From: Selaginella moellendorffii
Taxonomy: Eukaryota; Plantae; Lycopodiophyta
Length of the DNA stretch: 64,000 bases
NCBI RefSeq assembly: GCF_000143415.4
Contig: NW_003314398.1
Coordinates: 216,005-280,004 of the forward strand
Reading direction: 5' to 3'
Part shown: piece by piece, positions 48,111-61,789 of the stretch
Position numbering within the stretch: the stretch's first letter is position 1
Layout: the number at the start of each line of letters is the position of its first letter
Made by a program: the position numbers and the translations under genes
Notes under the pieces: generated by a model
Told to the model about the DNA's origin: nothing
Database searches by the model: none
What the model saw: the letters and a program-made list of their open reading frames with translations, nothing else

Positions 48111-51100
48111 ATTCCTTGATTCCCCTACTAGAATGTACCCTCCCGCTCGCTAGTAAAATCCGATGCCAATGCGTTACGCATAACCCGCTTTGTCTTTTGA
48201 GCGCAACTCACCTCTGNNNNNNNNNNNNNNNNNNNNNNNNNNNNNNNNNNNNNNNNNNNNNNNNNNNNNNNNNNNNNNNNNNNNNNNNNNNNNNNNNNNN
48301 NNNNNNNNNNNNNNNNNNNNNNNNNNNNNNNNNNNNNNNNNNNNNNNNNNNNNNNNNNNNNNNNNNNNNNNNNNNNNNNNNNNNNNNNNNNNNNNNNNNN
48401 NNNNNNNNNNNNNNNNNNNNNNNNNNNNNNNNNNNNNNNNNNNNNNNNNNNNNNNNNNNNNNNNNNNNNNNNNNNNNNNNNNNNNNNNNNNNNNNNNNNN
48501 NNNNNNNNNNNNNNNNNNNNNNNNNNNNNNNNNNNNNNNNNNNNNNNNNNNNNNNNNNNNNNNNNNNNNNNNNNNNNNNNNNNNNNNNNNNNNNNNNNNN
48601 NNNNNNNNNNNNNNNNNNNNNNNNNNNNNNNNNNNNNNNNNNNNNNNNNNNNNNNNNNNNNNNNNNNNNNNNNNNNNNNNNNNNNNNNNNNNNNNNNNNN
48701 NNNNNNNNNNNNNNNNNNNNNNNNNNNNNNNNNNNNNNNNNNNNNNNNNNNNNNNNNNNNNNNNNNNNNNNNNNNNNNNNNNNNNNNNNNNNNNNNNNNN
48801 NNNNNNNNNNNNNNNNNNNNNNNNNNNNNNNNNNNNNNNNNNNNNNNNNNNNNNNNNNNNNNNNNNNNNNNNNNNNNNNNNNNNNNNNNNNNNNNNNNNN
48901 NNNNNNNNNNNNNNNNNNNNNNNNNNNNNNNNNNNNNNNNNNNNNNNNNNNNNNNNNNNNNNNNNNNNNNNNNNNNNNNNNNNNNNNNNNNNNNNNNNNN
49001 NNNNNNNNNNNNNNNNNNNNNNNNNNNNNNNNNNNNNNNNNNNNNNNNNNNNNNNNNNNNNNNNNNNNNNNNNNNNNNNNNNNNNNNNNNNNNNNNNNNN
49101 NNNNNNNNNNNNNNNNNNNNNNNNNNNNNNNNNTATTCTTTAGGTATTGCATCAGATTTGTCACTATAAAGTCTTTAAACCATTTTGTATGGTTGGCATT
49201 GGTGTTGCAATAATACAACCAGTATCATTTTGAAAATCCTACTTGCTTTCATTCCTATGGAAATATGAGGCTGGAATAAAAACAAATTTATCACTATGGA
49301 TCTAAGCCCAACATTTGCCCTTTAGAAGCATCCCCACACACCTTATATTAGATTTTATTAGCATACAACAGATTGCCTATTACTTCAAGTTTATGTTATG
49401 GTAAGTGATTTTAATATATTATGATGCACTCTCTTCATCAACCACTTGAGGTGGCTCAGTCCAGGGCCATTATTTAGTACTCAACATTAAATCTGTGAGA
49501 ACTTTTTGCTCCAAAGTCTATACTAACATCTTCACTAGCAAAGGAAAAATGATGCTTTGAGTGGATAAGCCTTTCTATCACAATTAGAAGCCTAGGGAGT
49601 GTACTCTATAGATATGCTAGAAACCACTTCTTCCATTACAGCTGCTACTGTTCATGTAATGGAATACTTTCTTCTTCATCCGATCTTGTAAAATCTCAAT
49701 AGAAGGCTTTGTTCTTATGTATCTTCCCTCCTGAAATGCTAAAGCTTTTGAAGACTACTCTGTAGCACATATCAAATCCAATAGATATGCTTTGTATAAA
49801 TTTAGCTTCCCTTTCCTTGTCTTAGAGGAACATTAACTCTAATATTTGCTATCAGAGAGATTCATAGTTAGGATGTATATGAGATCCTTAAGTGCTTAGT
49901 CATAATGAAAAAGATGATATTAAAAGGTAATGAAAAGAAAAGAAAAAAGTGAAACCAACATAAAAAGAATGATATCCCCACTGGAACATCTTAACTTCCC
50001 ACCACCCTAACCATAACTTAAGTTGTGGTAGACAACTTGCATCCGTATATCCATTTTCATGCCACCACAATTGGATTTCATTTGCTTTTGCCTCGTGTTC
50101 TTCTTTAAATGGTGCAACCTACCATTATTTGCATAACTCTTTAAACAGTAACTAGAAATTTAGTTAGATAAGGTGGTAGTGCTAGTTTAGGATTTAAGCA
50201 CAATAAAACTCACAAATTCTTTCACAACCTTCTAGGGGTTGACCATTCCTAAACCTTGCCTGAACACTATTCTAGTTAGCCCCAACCCCATCTAATATGA
50301 AACCATAAAAGCTACTAAGCTTACTAGTCCACTTTAGCATAATATTGGAAGATTTCCAAAATATTTCCTAAGCCATCTAGTCTTGTATTTTGCAATTGTC
50401 AAGTTGGAATATAGCCTGTGAAAAGGGTAATATTTACAACCATTTTAAAATAATGAGAAAAATAACTACCTCAAATCATACACATAAGCTCCCATGGTTG
50501 TTCAACTCGATATTAGCTCTATGTGTTCAAAATATACATATGTATTAACAATGTCACTTAACCCAAACATATCCATTTGAGAGACAAGATTTACACTAAA
50601 GGCAGAGCCCATGGTAGACATTTTGAGGACAAAAGGGTGGTCCTATGTATTAATGATTTGATCTTGAAATAAACTCTTGTGAATAAACTCATAGGGATAG
50701 ATCCATTTTATTTCAAGGATAGAATCAATTTTTTACTGCAACTTCCCCTCTCGAGATTCACGCATCTAAGATTTTATCCTAAATAACACAAAATATAAAA
50801 GAGATATTATTGTAAAGTACATAGTATTATTTTCCTACCTCCTGAGGCTAATCTCAAGTTGCACACATCATAGTAAGTCCCACAAACTAGCCTTGTTTAG
50901 TTGAGTCTTCTTGCAGCCTAGATAGAATAAGGTGCTTGCAATAAAATTCTTGAGCACCATCTTTTGAACATGCTTTGGAGTTGCAAAGGAATTTCTCACT
51001 ATTTGTATTCACATAACATTAGTATACTTTTTATAATTAATAAAAAAGCATACTTTTTATTTGATATACTTGCAAATTCTTTTTTTGTAATATTATCTAT

Positions 51101-52189
51101 AATACTAGTGTGTCTCCATTTCTATCTTTACCATTTCGATAAATATTTCATGGTAGTCTTTTGGAGGCATGATGTTGCAATATGTTGCAATAGTATATAT
51201 ACCATCATATTGTCCACTAGAAGCTAAAAACAAATTGAGCATTTTTTAAAAGTCACAGAATTACAGTTTTTTTAAAATAAGTAGGGGCATTTTTTTACAC
51301 CCAATTTATTACACCCTTTTTCATTGCATTTTTTCCAACTTATGATTAATATGCTCACTATCTTTTCTTTCTTTCTCTTGTGTGGTTTCGTTATGTTATG
51401 CAATAAGACCACTATTACAACTTTTAACCCTTGAATTATTACCTTAGAAAAAAAGATTGCAAGAGTTAAAATTACTAACACTAAAACTAATAAACATTTG
51501 TGTATATTTTCCTCTTTTCAAATGAGAATGTAAATGAAGATATATAAATTGTAGACATTATACTATGACAAACCTCTTAAGAATGTATTTTAGAAAATGA
51601 ATCAAATCTCTTTTTTATATGCAACAAGCTTATATCAATGGTTGTTTTTTTTTCCTTTCAAATGGTTATATAGCCTTACAAAGAATCTTATTTCAAATTT
51701 AATAATTTAAAATTTTGACAAATCTGACATTTAGTAGCTAGAAAGCACAGAGTATGGAGTTAAAGAAATGACAAGATTAATTTTTCTTCAAATAAATATT
51801 TTGTTCAACAATTTAAATACTTACTATATGCCATAGTAGGGATGTTCATTGTCCTTTAGAACATATTTTACCTATATAATATAGTTAAGTTTTCAATAAA
51901 CCTTAATTTTTTAAAAATTTATAATATTTGTATTATACTACATTTGAAAATTAAACTCAACTCACAACTCATGAGCAATGGAGCAACTGTACCTATACGT
52001 GGATCATTTCTTGGTTTACTCCGGCATGAGCGACTTGATGCTTCACTCGGCCGCAGCAGGAGTTCCTGCTCTTGTTTCTGACTGGTAATGAAGCTTCCAT
52101 GCGTGACAATTGGCCAGGATGATCAAGGAAGCCATGGACAAAGGCAAGGTCTACACAGCACACTCTCTTGCGCCTTTCTTATGAATTAT

Positions 52190-55100
52190 GCAATCAAGAG
52201 TTTCTACTTTGATGCATGTTAGAAATGATAGTCTTACAAAGGTGAGTTGTGGGATGGATAGCATTGAAACACTTTACCATTTTGTCTAGGCTTGCTATTA
52301 AAAGACTTGGGTTTCAATGCTCAATTCTTTTTCGAGGAACCTTGCTTTGCTCCTGGAGTAGCTTGGTGTTGGATTAGTGTTGAGTTTTATCAAAAAGAGA
52401 GTGGCATAAGCTTATTTATGTTATGAACAAAAGTTAATAGTGTTGGATGTTATAAATCTTTATTGGTAGAGTGTGGTATTTATATTAGTCTCGATGAAGA
52501 TAGTGTTAATGATTTGGCTATGGCTTTGTGTTATTGGCATTCGTGCATTTGTTAATTAGCAACTATATTAGTGTTCAAACAAGCTAAGTGGCAGGTTTAA
52601 GTTAATTGCTAACTAGATGAGATTATTTAGTAGGGGGTTGAGCTTTGAAAAGTGATTCAGTCATGGACTATACTAGCTTTACGAGACGAAGAGTTAATAA
52701 TCAATATTGAAATGTTTGAATCCTTGTTGGATTTGAGTTGAAATATATTGATCATTGATGATTCTTTTTGTGCTTGTTATAAAGTGAGTTGCATTAGGAT
52801 GGAAGATTATTTAGTAATCACTTTGTTGAGCATAGCTCCATTATGCTTGGCTTTTGGATTGATGCAGATATGTTTGTTATTAGCTTTGCATTATAAAGTT
52901 TAATTTATGGATGTGTTGAGGAGGATATTATAGGTTGTGCCATGATTTCTTCTTTAACATTGAAGTTAGTTCATGCAAGACTTGTGATCATTTTTACGCA
53001 AGACTTGGCTATAGGCTTCTTCAAGCTTTTGGTTCCTTGAGTTTTTATGCTCATTATTCCATTTGTTATGAGTTATTAGGGAATGCATTTTTGGCTCATT
53101 AGCTTCGATATTGAAGTTGGCTTTTGCATCTGGCAATCATTAGTGATAATTGACTATCATCTAGGATAGTTAATTATCCTTATCAAAAGTTTTGCTTGAT
53201 TATTGTTGATCTCGAATGATTTGCCATTCTTCGGAGTGGTAGATTCTTTCTTCGACGATGATTATGCATCTTTTTTTTGATGGGAAGATTAATGATCTTT
53301 TATGATAGTTGTTTTTTGATGGCTTATGGCTTTTCACAATACTACATGTTCTTTGTGGTTTGCTCTGGATTGGTCTGTTGGGTTTGAGACATCAGTAGGA
53401 TGTTGCTGACATTTGCTTAATCAACTTTGATTCCTTCATATTATTGACCGAGATCTAGTTAGATTGACTAATGCAATACTTGGCATGAACGAGTATTTAT
53501 TGGTCTTACCACATTCATTCTATTCTGTTGATTATTGCTCGAGTTAGCTTTGATAGATTCGGATGTTATTTCCTTTGGGTGATACAGTTGTGAGCATTTT
53601 GTTGCTAGTCAATGATATTTTGTGTTCTTTGAGTTATCTTTGGCAAGCTGTTTAAGCTTTATTCACTAATAATTAAGTCTCTAAGATATCATTGTCTATG
53701 ACTTTGATATTGTTCAATTATTAATCTTTGAGTTTGGGCTAGTATAGGCAGATTGGCTTTGGCACTTCGTGTGCACAGTGAAATCTCTAGTCATGGGGTA
53801 ATTACTGTTGATTGGTCATATCATCTACCTCTCTGTCAATGTTCCTTATTCCGTTAAAAGGATGTGACTGTGTAAACAACTCTAACTACCTATTTACAGT
53901 AGTCTATCTAAACCTTATTGACAGGTTTGGTTTCTTTGCTCAAGAGGGTTGGGGCCTCTGGCTTCTCTCTTTATGTCTTTTCGGGCAGGGGTGTATTACA
54001 CTTTTGTAAGCTACGTGACTCCCAAAGTAGCAAGGGTGGCTAACTTTGTTAGTCATTTCCTTGTCAGCGACGGCCGGAAAGTGTCTGAGCTAGTAGCACA
54101 TCCACGTTAGACAAAAAGGTTGCCTCCTAACTCATTTAAGTTGGTGCATTTCTCACATAGTGTGAATATCGTGAACTTTTTCTAGAGTTGTTTCCTTGGT
54201 AGTATTCTAGACTCAAATATGCATTGATAAGGACGTTGGTCTTCTCTAGGGGGGGAGAGTGTTGCGAATGTGACTTCGGGTATCGAGAGTTACTTGTCGG
54301 CCAGTCTTTACGAATGTAAACAACCAAAGGGAACGACTCGAGAGACGATCCATAGAGGTTCAAATATAAAGGGAAAGGGCCCATAAACAAGAGTGCACCC
54401 CTTTTTCCAATCGGTTAAGAGTTTTAGGATACTTAGAGTTAAGCATCTTTGGGTTTAAATAGTACTGGGCTGGGTGACCTCCCGGGAAGTCTAAATTCAA
54501 GAGCTTACAACGGACACTCTTTCCTTAGTGCCACGATAGTAAGAGGTCAATATTGTTGGACTCATTATCAATTCCCACTTGGGTTAGTTGAGAAATTGGT
54601 CAATGACTATGCACTTAGATTGCATTTGTGTCATTGGCTTGCACTTGCTAGTATCAAGAACCCCCGCAATATTGAGATTGGTCCCTCAATATTCACTAGA
54701 TGATAGCTTACCGTGTTTGCTAAACACCTCTCTATTAGTCTAGCTTCTGCTTGCATGTTTGTCCTTGTTTTGCATCCAGCTTAGGTTTAAGTCTAAGTTC
54801 CATTCCATGCTAGCTAGTGGAGTACCCATGTCCTTGCGTTAGGCCACCAGTATGCCAAAATAGCGCCAGATTCTGTTTAGCTCCATTTTGCGTGTTGGTT
54901 CTGGCATTGGGATGTTAGTTACTCTAGGACTATTCTAAGTGCCTCCATAGTTTTGTCCCTTCGCTCCTTGGACTGTATGCTCAGGAGTTGCTCCATGGTC
55001 CAGTTTTGCCACTCCTTGGCTCCATGCTTAGGAGTTTGGCTCCGTACCTTTGTTCAATGGCCCAAGGCCTTGAAACTTGGGTTCCGCACCACTATTCTTG

Positions 55101-55803
55101 GACATGTGGCATGTGGCACGTGGCATAAAGAAGGTTTTGGTTCCACTTTGTAGTGTTATCTTATGGTAAATCACCATAGAATAAAGGGTCAAAACCACAT
55201 ACATTACAGGTATAGTCTAGCTCCCACTTGTGTGCCTGTCCTTGTTCTACATTTGGCTTTGGTTTAAGCCCAAGTTCCATTCCATGCTAGCTAGTGGAGT
55301 ACCCATATCCTTACATTAGTCTATCGGTATACTAAAATAGCGCCAAACTTTGTTTGGCTCCATTTTGCGTGTTGGTTTTAGCATTGGGATGCTGGATGTT
55401 CTACAGTGTTCCAAATCGCTCTGTATTCCTATCCCTTTGCTCATTGGGCTGTATGCTTAGAAATTGCTTTATGGTCCAGTTCTTTCACTCCTCGGCTCCA
55501 TGCTTTGGAGTTTAGCACCGTTCCTTTATTTAGTGGCCCAAGCCCTAAAACTTGGGTTCCACTCCATTGTCCTTTGGACATATGGCATGTGGCATGTAGC
55601 ATGTGACATGTGGCAAGGTTTCGCTTCCGTGGTTATCCTATGGTAAATCACTATAGATAAAGGGTAAAAAACCATATACGCTACATTTGGTATCAAAGGA
55701 TACATCTCAGCAAGTACTATCCAATGAGATTGGGCAACTAGTCTTATTGCATACGTAGAGATAAAAATGATGATCCAAGTGGGTACACATTTGGGTGCAA
55801 AGG
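52190..55803 (+). mobile_element. Further LARD copy: internal region, PPT, LTR from 54260, partial tandem LTR duplication (55209-55685), PBS and new internal start
   Basis: GGGGGGGAGAG|TGTTGCGAATGTGACTTC at 54260; CTACA|TTTGGTATCA near 55685. Confidence 0.8.
54315..54509 (+). mobile_element. Cassandra-type solo LTR (195 bp) containing a 5S rRNA internal-promoter segment
   Basis: TG..CA ends; TSD ACGAA/ACGGA (54310-54314, 54510-54514). 54437-54491 AGTTAAGCATCTTTGGGTTTAAATAGTACTGGGCTGGGTGACCTCCCGGGAAGTC aligns by eye to the plant 5S A-box/IE/C-box region (AGTTAAGCGTGCTTGGGCGAGAGTAGTACTAGGATGGGTGACCTCCTGGGAAGTC). Confidence 0.88.
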
Positions 55804-57007
55804 TGTAAGCCACAAATTTTTCCTTTCCAATTTGTTAGCTTACCTTGTCTATTCGACCAACACTGCCTTGGCTTTAGCTAAGTTTTTGTAGCGCATGTGA
55901 TTATGAGATGAGATTTGGATATACTGTCACCGTGGATCCTTGGAACTTTGGCGGATAAATGGGGATAAAATAGCCACTAAGGGCTCTTTCATCAAGCAAT
56001 TGCCCCTTTTCCAGTTGGCTTAAGGGGAGAGAGATAAGGTGCGCTACAATTGGTATCAGAGCAAATGGCACGGGTTCGATTCCCATTGATTAGTGGCTAC
56101 TTAAAAGTATAATATACCCTTGAGCAAGGTATATTCTTACCCCTAAATTTGAAATCGTACGTATCGGGCATCCATGTGTACATCCTTCCTCTTATGTGGA
56201 GTATCCACGGACGAAGGTATCCACTGTGGGACTGCGGTACGCGAAGGTATCCACTGTGGGACTGCGGTACGGGTGGATGACTAGTTGCCTCATATGGAAT
56301 AACTGGTCTACACAATGGAAGGATTGGTAGATTGAGTGCGGAAATGGAGGTACTGGTTCCCCTTGGCTCAGTAGGGGTTGTTAGTCAATAGTCAATGAGG
56401 ACATTGACATCTTTGAAGGGGGGGTGAGTGTAGCGCATGTGATTATGGGATGAGATTTGGATATACTGTCACCGTGGATCCTTGGAACCTTGGGGGATAA
56501 ATGGGGATAAAATAGCCACTAAGGGCTCTCTCATCAAGCAATTGCCCCTTTTTCAGTTGGCTTAAGGGGAGAGAGATAAGGTGCGCCAAGATAACTGAGG
56601 TACAGTTCCCTCGCCAAGGTTCCCGCCTATTGTACCAGCTCCTACTTGGTTTTAGCTACTCACTGCACAAACAACAGAGCATTAGCCATCCATCCACGGA
56701 TTCCCAAATCTCTCCCAATCCCTCCTTGGGTTAGAATGGACTTAAGTTTCGCCTACACTCCCCACAGGCACAAGCAGCCAAGCACACGAAGCCTCTAAGT
56801 TCCTAACATCCCTTGGTACCACAAGACTTGATCATAGGACCCTCTAAATCCCAAGCCTTGGGTGCAACACATGCTTCGAGACGTCGGGGCGAAACACCGT
56901 GGCCTAACGGCCTAGTATGGGTACCTCTACCCCTCTACTTCCATCCCAAAGGGAAGGCCCAAGCCCCTAGAAAAGGCAAGGACCAATGAGCCACAAGGTA
57001 CTCAAGT
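55804..57007 (-). mobile_element. Chromovirus-family LTR fragment carrying a nested TRIM
   Basis: Homologous to 60485-60967 once the TRIM at 55887-56604 is removed. Confidence 0.8.
55887..56604 (+). mobile_element. Near-intact TRIM: ~160-bp LTRs (55887-56048, 56429-56604), tRNA-iMet PBS, PPT
   Basis: Direct LTRs TGTAGCGC..; PBS TGGTATCAGAGC at 56051-56062; PPT GAAGGGGGGGTGAG; degenerate TSD GTTTT/GTTCC; internal ~30-bp tandem duplication at ~56210-56271. Confidence 0.9.
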
Positions 57008-57129
57008 GGAATGAGTCCTTGGGGTTCCAGAAAGGCAGATTCAATGGTTAGGGAGCGAGTACATGGGAGAGTCAAGCAAAAAGAGACAAACCCACGGATA
57101 AAAAGGGCAAGTTGGCTAGTAGCGTGGAA

Positions 57130-59169
57130 AACAATGTATGTTACAACTGTGGTGAATTGGGACACTTCTCAAGGGAATGTCCCTACCCGAAGAAAGCCAG
57201 AGCTAATATGGCCATTAAGTCGGGTGAAATCCAAATTGAGGTATGTGACCCAGTCCCTAACTCAAAGTTACTCATTACACAAACAACTTTGGTAGAGAGT
57301 CGTTCGCAACATCTACTAGCCCTCTGAGGAAAGTTCGGAGGTAGCTTTGTTAAGATCCTTATTGACATGGGTGTTTTGGATAATTTTGTGGCTGCAGACA
57401 TAGTCTGGCAAGCCGGACTAACGGTGCAGCGGCGGGGTGAACTAAGGACTATAGAGTTTGTTCAAGGTAGCTAAAGCACCGATGAGGTACTTCGACAAGT
57501 GAGAGTCGAAGTGGGGACATGGAAAGTAGATATGGATTTCATCGTGTTGGACATGGTGGGATTTAATGTAATCTTCGGGATGAATTGGTTCAATTGGTTC
57601 GTGGTAACCCTGCATGGACAAGGTAGGAATCTTGTGGTACTAGCGAATGCCCAAGGAGAAAGATCCAGGGTGGAGGCCCAAGATCTAAAGGTAGGGCAAT
57701 GCAAGGCCAAAGATTCCTGCCTAAACCTGGTGTCCACAAGAGGACAACTCATTAAAGGAACCAAGGCAGCATTTTTGTGCTTACTCTCAGTGAAGAGTGA
57801 CAAAAAGATGGGAACAGAAGAAATACCTTTAATGATCCAGTAGGTGTTGGACCAATTTCAGGATACCATGCCAGAAGAGCTATTGGTGAGGTTGCCCCCC
57901 GCATAACCAATAGAACACAAGATTGAGCTGGTCAAGGGTGTTAAGGCGGTGGTTCATCCCCTTTATGGTTTGAACGAAAAGGAACTCGAAAAGCTCAAGC
58001 GTTAATTAGAGGAGTTGGTGGACAAAGGGTATGTTAGGTTGAGCAAGTCGTTATATAGGGCACCGGTGTTATTTGTGAAAAAGAAAGATAGATCTATGCG
58101 CATGTGCATAAACTACCGGTTGCTCAACAAGTATATAAAGAAGAACAAGTACCCTTTGCTAAGGATTGAGGACCTGTTCAATAGGTTAGGAAAGGCAAAA
58201 TACTTCTCAAGGATTGACCTAAGGTCAAGATACTACCAGATCAAGGTAACAGAGGAAGATGTCGAGAAAACAACCTGTTGAACAAGGTATGGGAGCTTTG
58301 AGTTTCTGGTGATGCCCTTCGGGCTATGCAATGCGCTGGCAACGTTTTTGGCATTGATGAACCACATCTTTGTACCCTATTTGGATCACTTCGTGGTCGT
58401 CTATATTGACGACATCCTGATTTATAGTGAGATGCTAGAGGAGCATGCCGAACACTTGACGAAGCTGTTTGAGAAACTAAGGGAACATCAGCTGTATGCT
58501 AAAGAGAGTAAATGTGACTTTGCTCAACAAGAGGTAAAAGTTTTTCGGGCATGTGGCAAGGACGGGCTCAAGGTGGACCCTGAGAAGGTCCAAGCGATCC
58601 AGGAATGGGAACGACTATCAAATGTACACGAGTTAAGGGCATTCTTGGGGCTATGCAACTATTACCGAAAGTTTATCAAACACTATTCGAGAGTAGCCCT
58701 GCTTTTAATAGACCAAATGGGTAAAGGGAAAATGGTATGGACAATGGAATGCGAGGTGGCATTTGTCCACCACAAAGGGAAGTTGAGGAAGGCTCCCGTG
58801 TTGGCGTTACCAGATTTTGGTAAGGACTTTGAGGTAGAAACGGATGCTTCGAACTTTGCGTTAGATGTAGTGTTAAAGCAAAATAACCATCCAGTAGCGT
58901 TCATCTTGAAAAAGTTGGACAAGGCTCAGCGGGAGTGGCCTACCTATGAGAAGGAATTATTTGCAGTGGTCAAAGCGCTCAAGGAGTGGAGACACTACTT
59001 TGGGAGACACTTCAAGGTTTATACGGACAATGTGGCAATGAAACACTTCTTATCACAACCCAACCTGAGGGGGAAACAGAGCAAGTGGGCCAATGCTTTG
59101 GCCAAGTTTGATTGCAAGATTCTATACAAGTCTGGGAAGAGCAATATTGTGGCGGATGCTCTAAGTTAA
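57130..59169 (+). pseudogene. Ty3/Gypsy gag-pol remnant: CCHC knuckle, aspartic protease, RT, RNase H with stops
   Basis: CYNCGELGHFSRECP; ILIDMG; [17 protein letters not shown]; MPFGLCNA; VYIDDILIYS; ETDAS; EKELFAVV; NIVADALS. Confidence 0.92.
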
Positions 59170-59415
59170 TATGTTTGTAAAATAAGTTAATGCGATATTC
59201 GTGGTGGTGGACAACACTATCTTGCTTCAATATTGTCTTTGGCATTTGTCCACCATGAATATCGCAAACAATTCCTTCTTGTGAGCAAGCCACTTCCACT
59301 GAGCCTTGTCCAACTTTTTCTAGAAGAGCGCTATTGAATGGTTGTCTTGCTTCAACACTGCACCCAACGCAAAATCCGAAGCATCTGTTTCTACCTCAAA
59401 GTCCTTACCAAAATC

Positions 59416-59680
59416 TGGTATTGGAGAGGGTCTCGAGTCTAACTCTATTGGTTGGCTAGGGGAATCACACCACATGTTAATTGACATTTGGCAGGTCCAG
59501 TATGCTCCAGTTGGGCTCGACCCAAGGGGTAGGGTGTCAAGAGAGTGGGGCTCTCGGGAGAGCTACGGCTCTCAGCTTCCGTTCACAAGGGCGTGAACTT
59601 GCAGGAAGCATGGTGAATTGTAAGCAACCAAAGAGAATGACTCGAGAGATGGTCCATAAGGTTCAAATATAGAGAAAAAA
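59416..59680 (+). mobile_element. Cassandra-type internal domain plus 5' end of 3' LTR
   Basis: PBS-like TGGTATTGGAG at 59416; LTR start TGTAAGCAACCAAAGAGAATGACTCGAGAG at 59619 matches 54315. Confidence 0.65.
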
Positions 59681-59689
59681 GAACGCATC

Positions 59690-60425
59690 CATATCACCCA
59701 TATCCATAACTAGTATCCTCTTTGCCATAAACCCATTCACATACTCTTGAATGGTTCTGGTCTGCTTTAGCCTACTCAGCTCATCCCTTACGTGAAGAGT
59801 AGCATTCGGGGGAACATAAATCACGCGGATCCTTACCTTCATCATTTCCCAAGTGGCCACTGGTCCTTCATTAGCTTTTGTCGTTCTCCACCAAGACTTG
59901 GCATTATCTGCCATGTATGGTTTTGCACATAGGACCTTCTCCAAGCTCGGTAACTGCAACGCTCGGAAGTAGTCCTCCATATCATAAAACCAATTCTCCA
60001 CCACCTTATAGTCATTCACTCCCTGGTGGGGGCTTTGGTTTGTACTTGGGAACTGCTTGAGGGACTGATTCCACTTGGGTCTATTTGACCTTGTTTGGTT
60101 CTGCCTCAGTCCTTGCCAAAGGGTTCGCACCTTCTGTGCTGCTAACATCTGCAGTCTTTCGCCTTTTCTTCCGCTTCTCGTCATGCTTTATCTTTCGTAC
60201 GAGAGTCTCCATCAGGGTATTGGTTTGTGCCAATTGTCCTTCTAGAACGTTCAATTGAGCCTTGAACGACAGAGCCTCGCCACCGAACTCCTGTTTGGAA
60301 GTTTCCTCACTGGAGTCCTCCTCATGCAAGGATTCCTCATCCATAGCCTCTTGTTCAACCAAAGGCTCCAGCTCTAGCAGAGGTTCTGTCTCTGCCTTAG
60401 TTCGTTTATGCCCTGCCTTTGCCAT
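59690..60425 (-). pseudogene. Retrotransposon gag (frameshifted)
   Basis: VENWFYDMEDYF..AKSWWR..TWEMMK..RDELSRLKQTRTIQEYVNGF; follows PBS (rc at 60470-60481). Confidence 0.85.
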
Positions 60426-60484
60426 CTCTTAGCAATCCGCCTCTATCCTTCGTTAGAACTGAGGAAAATGCTCCGATACCAAAT

Positions 60485-61384
60485 TGTAAGCCACAAAGTT
60501 TTCCTTTCCAATTTGCCAACTTACCTTGTCTATCTGATCAACACTGCTTTGGCTTTATGTAAGTTCCCTCACCAAGGTTCCCGCCTATTGTACTAGCTCC
60601 AACTTGGTTTTAGCTACTCACTACATGAGCAATGGAGCATTAACCATTCATTCACGGATTCCTAAATCTCTCCCAATCCCCCTCCTCGAGTTAGACTAGA
60701 CTTAAGGTTCGCTTACACTCCCCACAGGCACAAGCAGCTAAGCACACCAAACCTCCAAGTTCTTAACATCCCTTGGTACCACAAGACTTGATTATGGGAC
60801 CCTTTAAATCCCAAGCCTTGGGTGCAACACATGCTTCGGGATGCCAGGGCAAAACACCGTGGCCTAACGGCCTAGTATGGGTACCTCACCCCCCCACTTC
60901 CATCCCAAAGGGAAGGCCCAAGCCCCTAGGAAGGGCGAGGACCAATGAGCCACAAGGTACTTAAGTGGGGTACCACTCCACATGAGCTGGGAGTATTGCA
61001 GTTGGTTTCCCTTTCGGGAGTGGGAGCTGCTTTTAAGCACTTCCTTGGGTGGCCCCTCCGACACCACCTGAGTCCATGCTCACTCCCACCCAATGCCCTT
61101 CGTCCCCAGCCTCAACCTCGAGTCAGTTTGGAAGCACCATTAGAGAGTTCCTTCAAGATTGATTCCTGGACCTCACTATCCCTACTATACTTTTGGAACC
61201 CGGTCTCAAACTTGGTCTTGAAGTTGGTCTCAAACTCGATCCCGAACTCTATCTCGAACTCGGTCTCAGAGTCGGTCTTGGACTCGATCTCAGACTCGGT
61301 CCCATCCGATGAACTCTTTGTCATTTCAGTCGTGCTTTCAGGGATCCTTTAGCCTACGACACCTTAGGGAGTTGGTTCTTTACA
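60485..61384 (-). mobile_element. Complete chromovirus LTR (~900 bp) with PPT upstream and PBS downstream
   Basis: Minus strand: GGGTGGTGGAGT|TGTAAAG...GGCTTACA|ATTTGGTATCGGAGC. Confidence 0.8.
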
Positions 61385-61789
61385 ACTCCACCACCCATAA
61401 AGAAGTTCGATGCCCACAGTGAACATCTCTTTTTAATCCTACAACTTGTTGACCATGTCTCCGGGGGCATCCCCCCACTTAGCGGTGTGCCTAAGTTAGC
61501 CTCCCTGGCCAAGAGCCCATGACAACGGAATATAAGTGTCCTTATACCCCTCACCTCACCATGCCCTAGTATGGGGTTGGGACCTGAACCCAGCCTTGCT
61601 TTACTAGGGGGTTAGGACTCGAACCCAACCTCCATAGAATACGTCTACGGATTTGACATCCCCGTGGGGAGTCAAGCGTAGTTCTCTACACCTGGTCAAC
61701 TTAGCTATCCCATGCTAATTAGCTTACCTTAAGCGCGCCTTGGGTCCCAACATATGCCATTACTCAACTTCACAAATGGATGCTTTTAA

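Noticed and set aside
48116-49218. Long ORFs of 317-365 aa (similarly 1089-1591 and 42820-43489)
   Set aside because: They consist almost entirely of N-gap translation.
49135-50960. Possible decayed coding region
   Set aside because: No ORF or motif that I can recognise; left unannotated.
54437-54491. Functional 5S rRNA gene
   Set aside because: Only the internal-promoter part is present, diverged and embedded in an LTR with a TSD.
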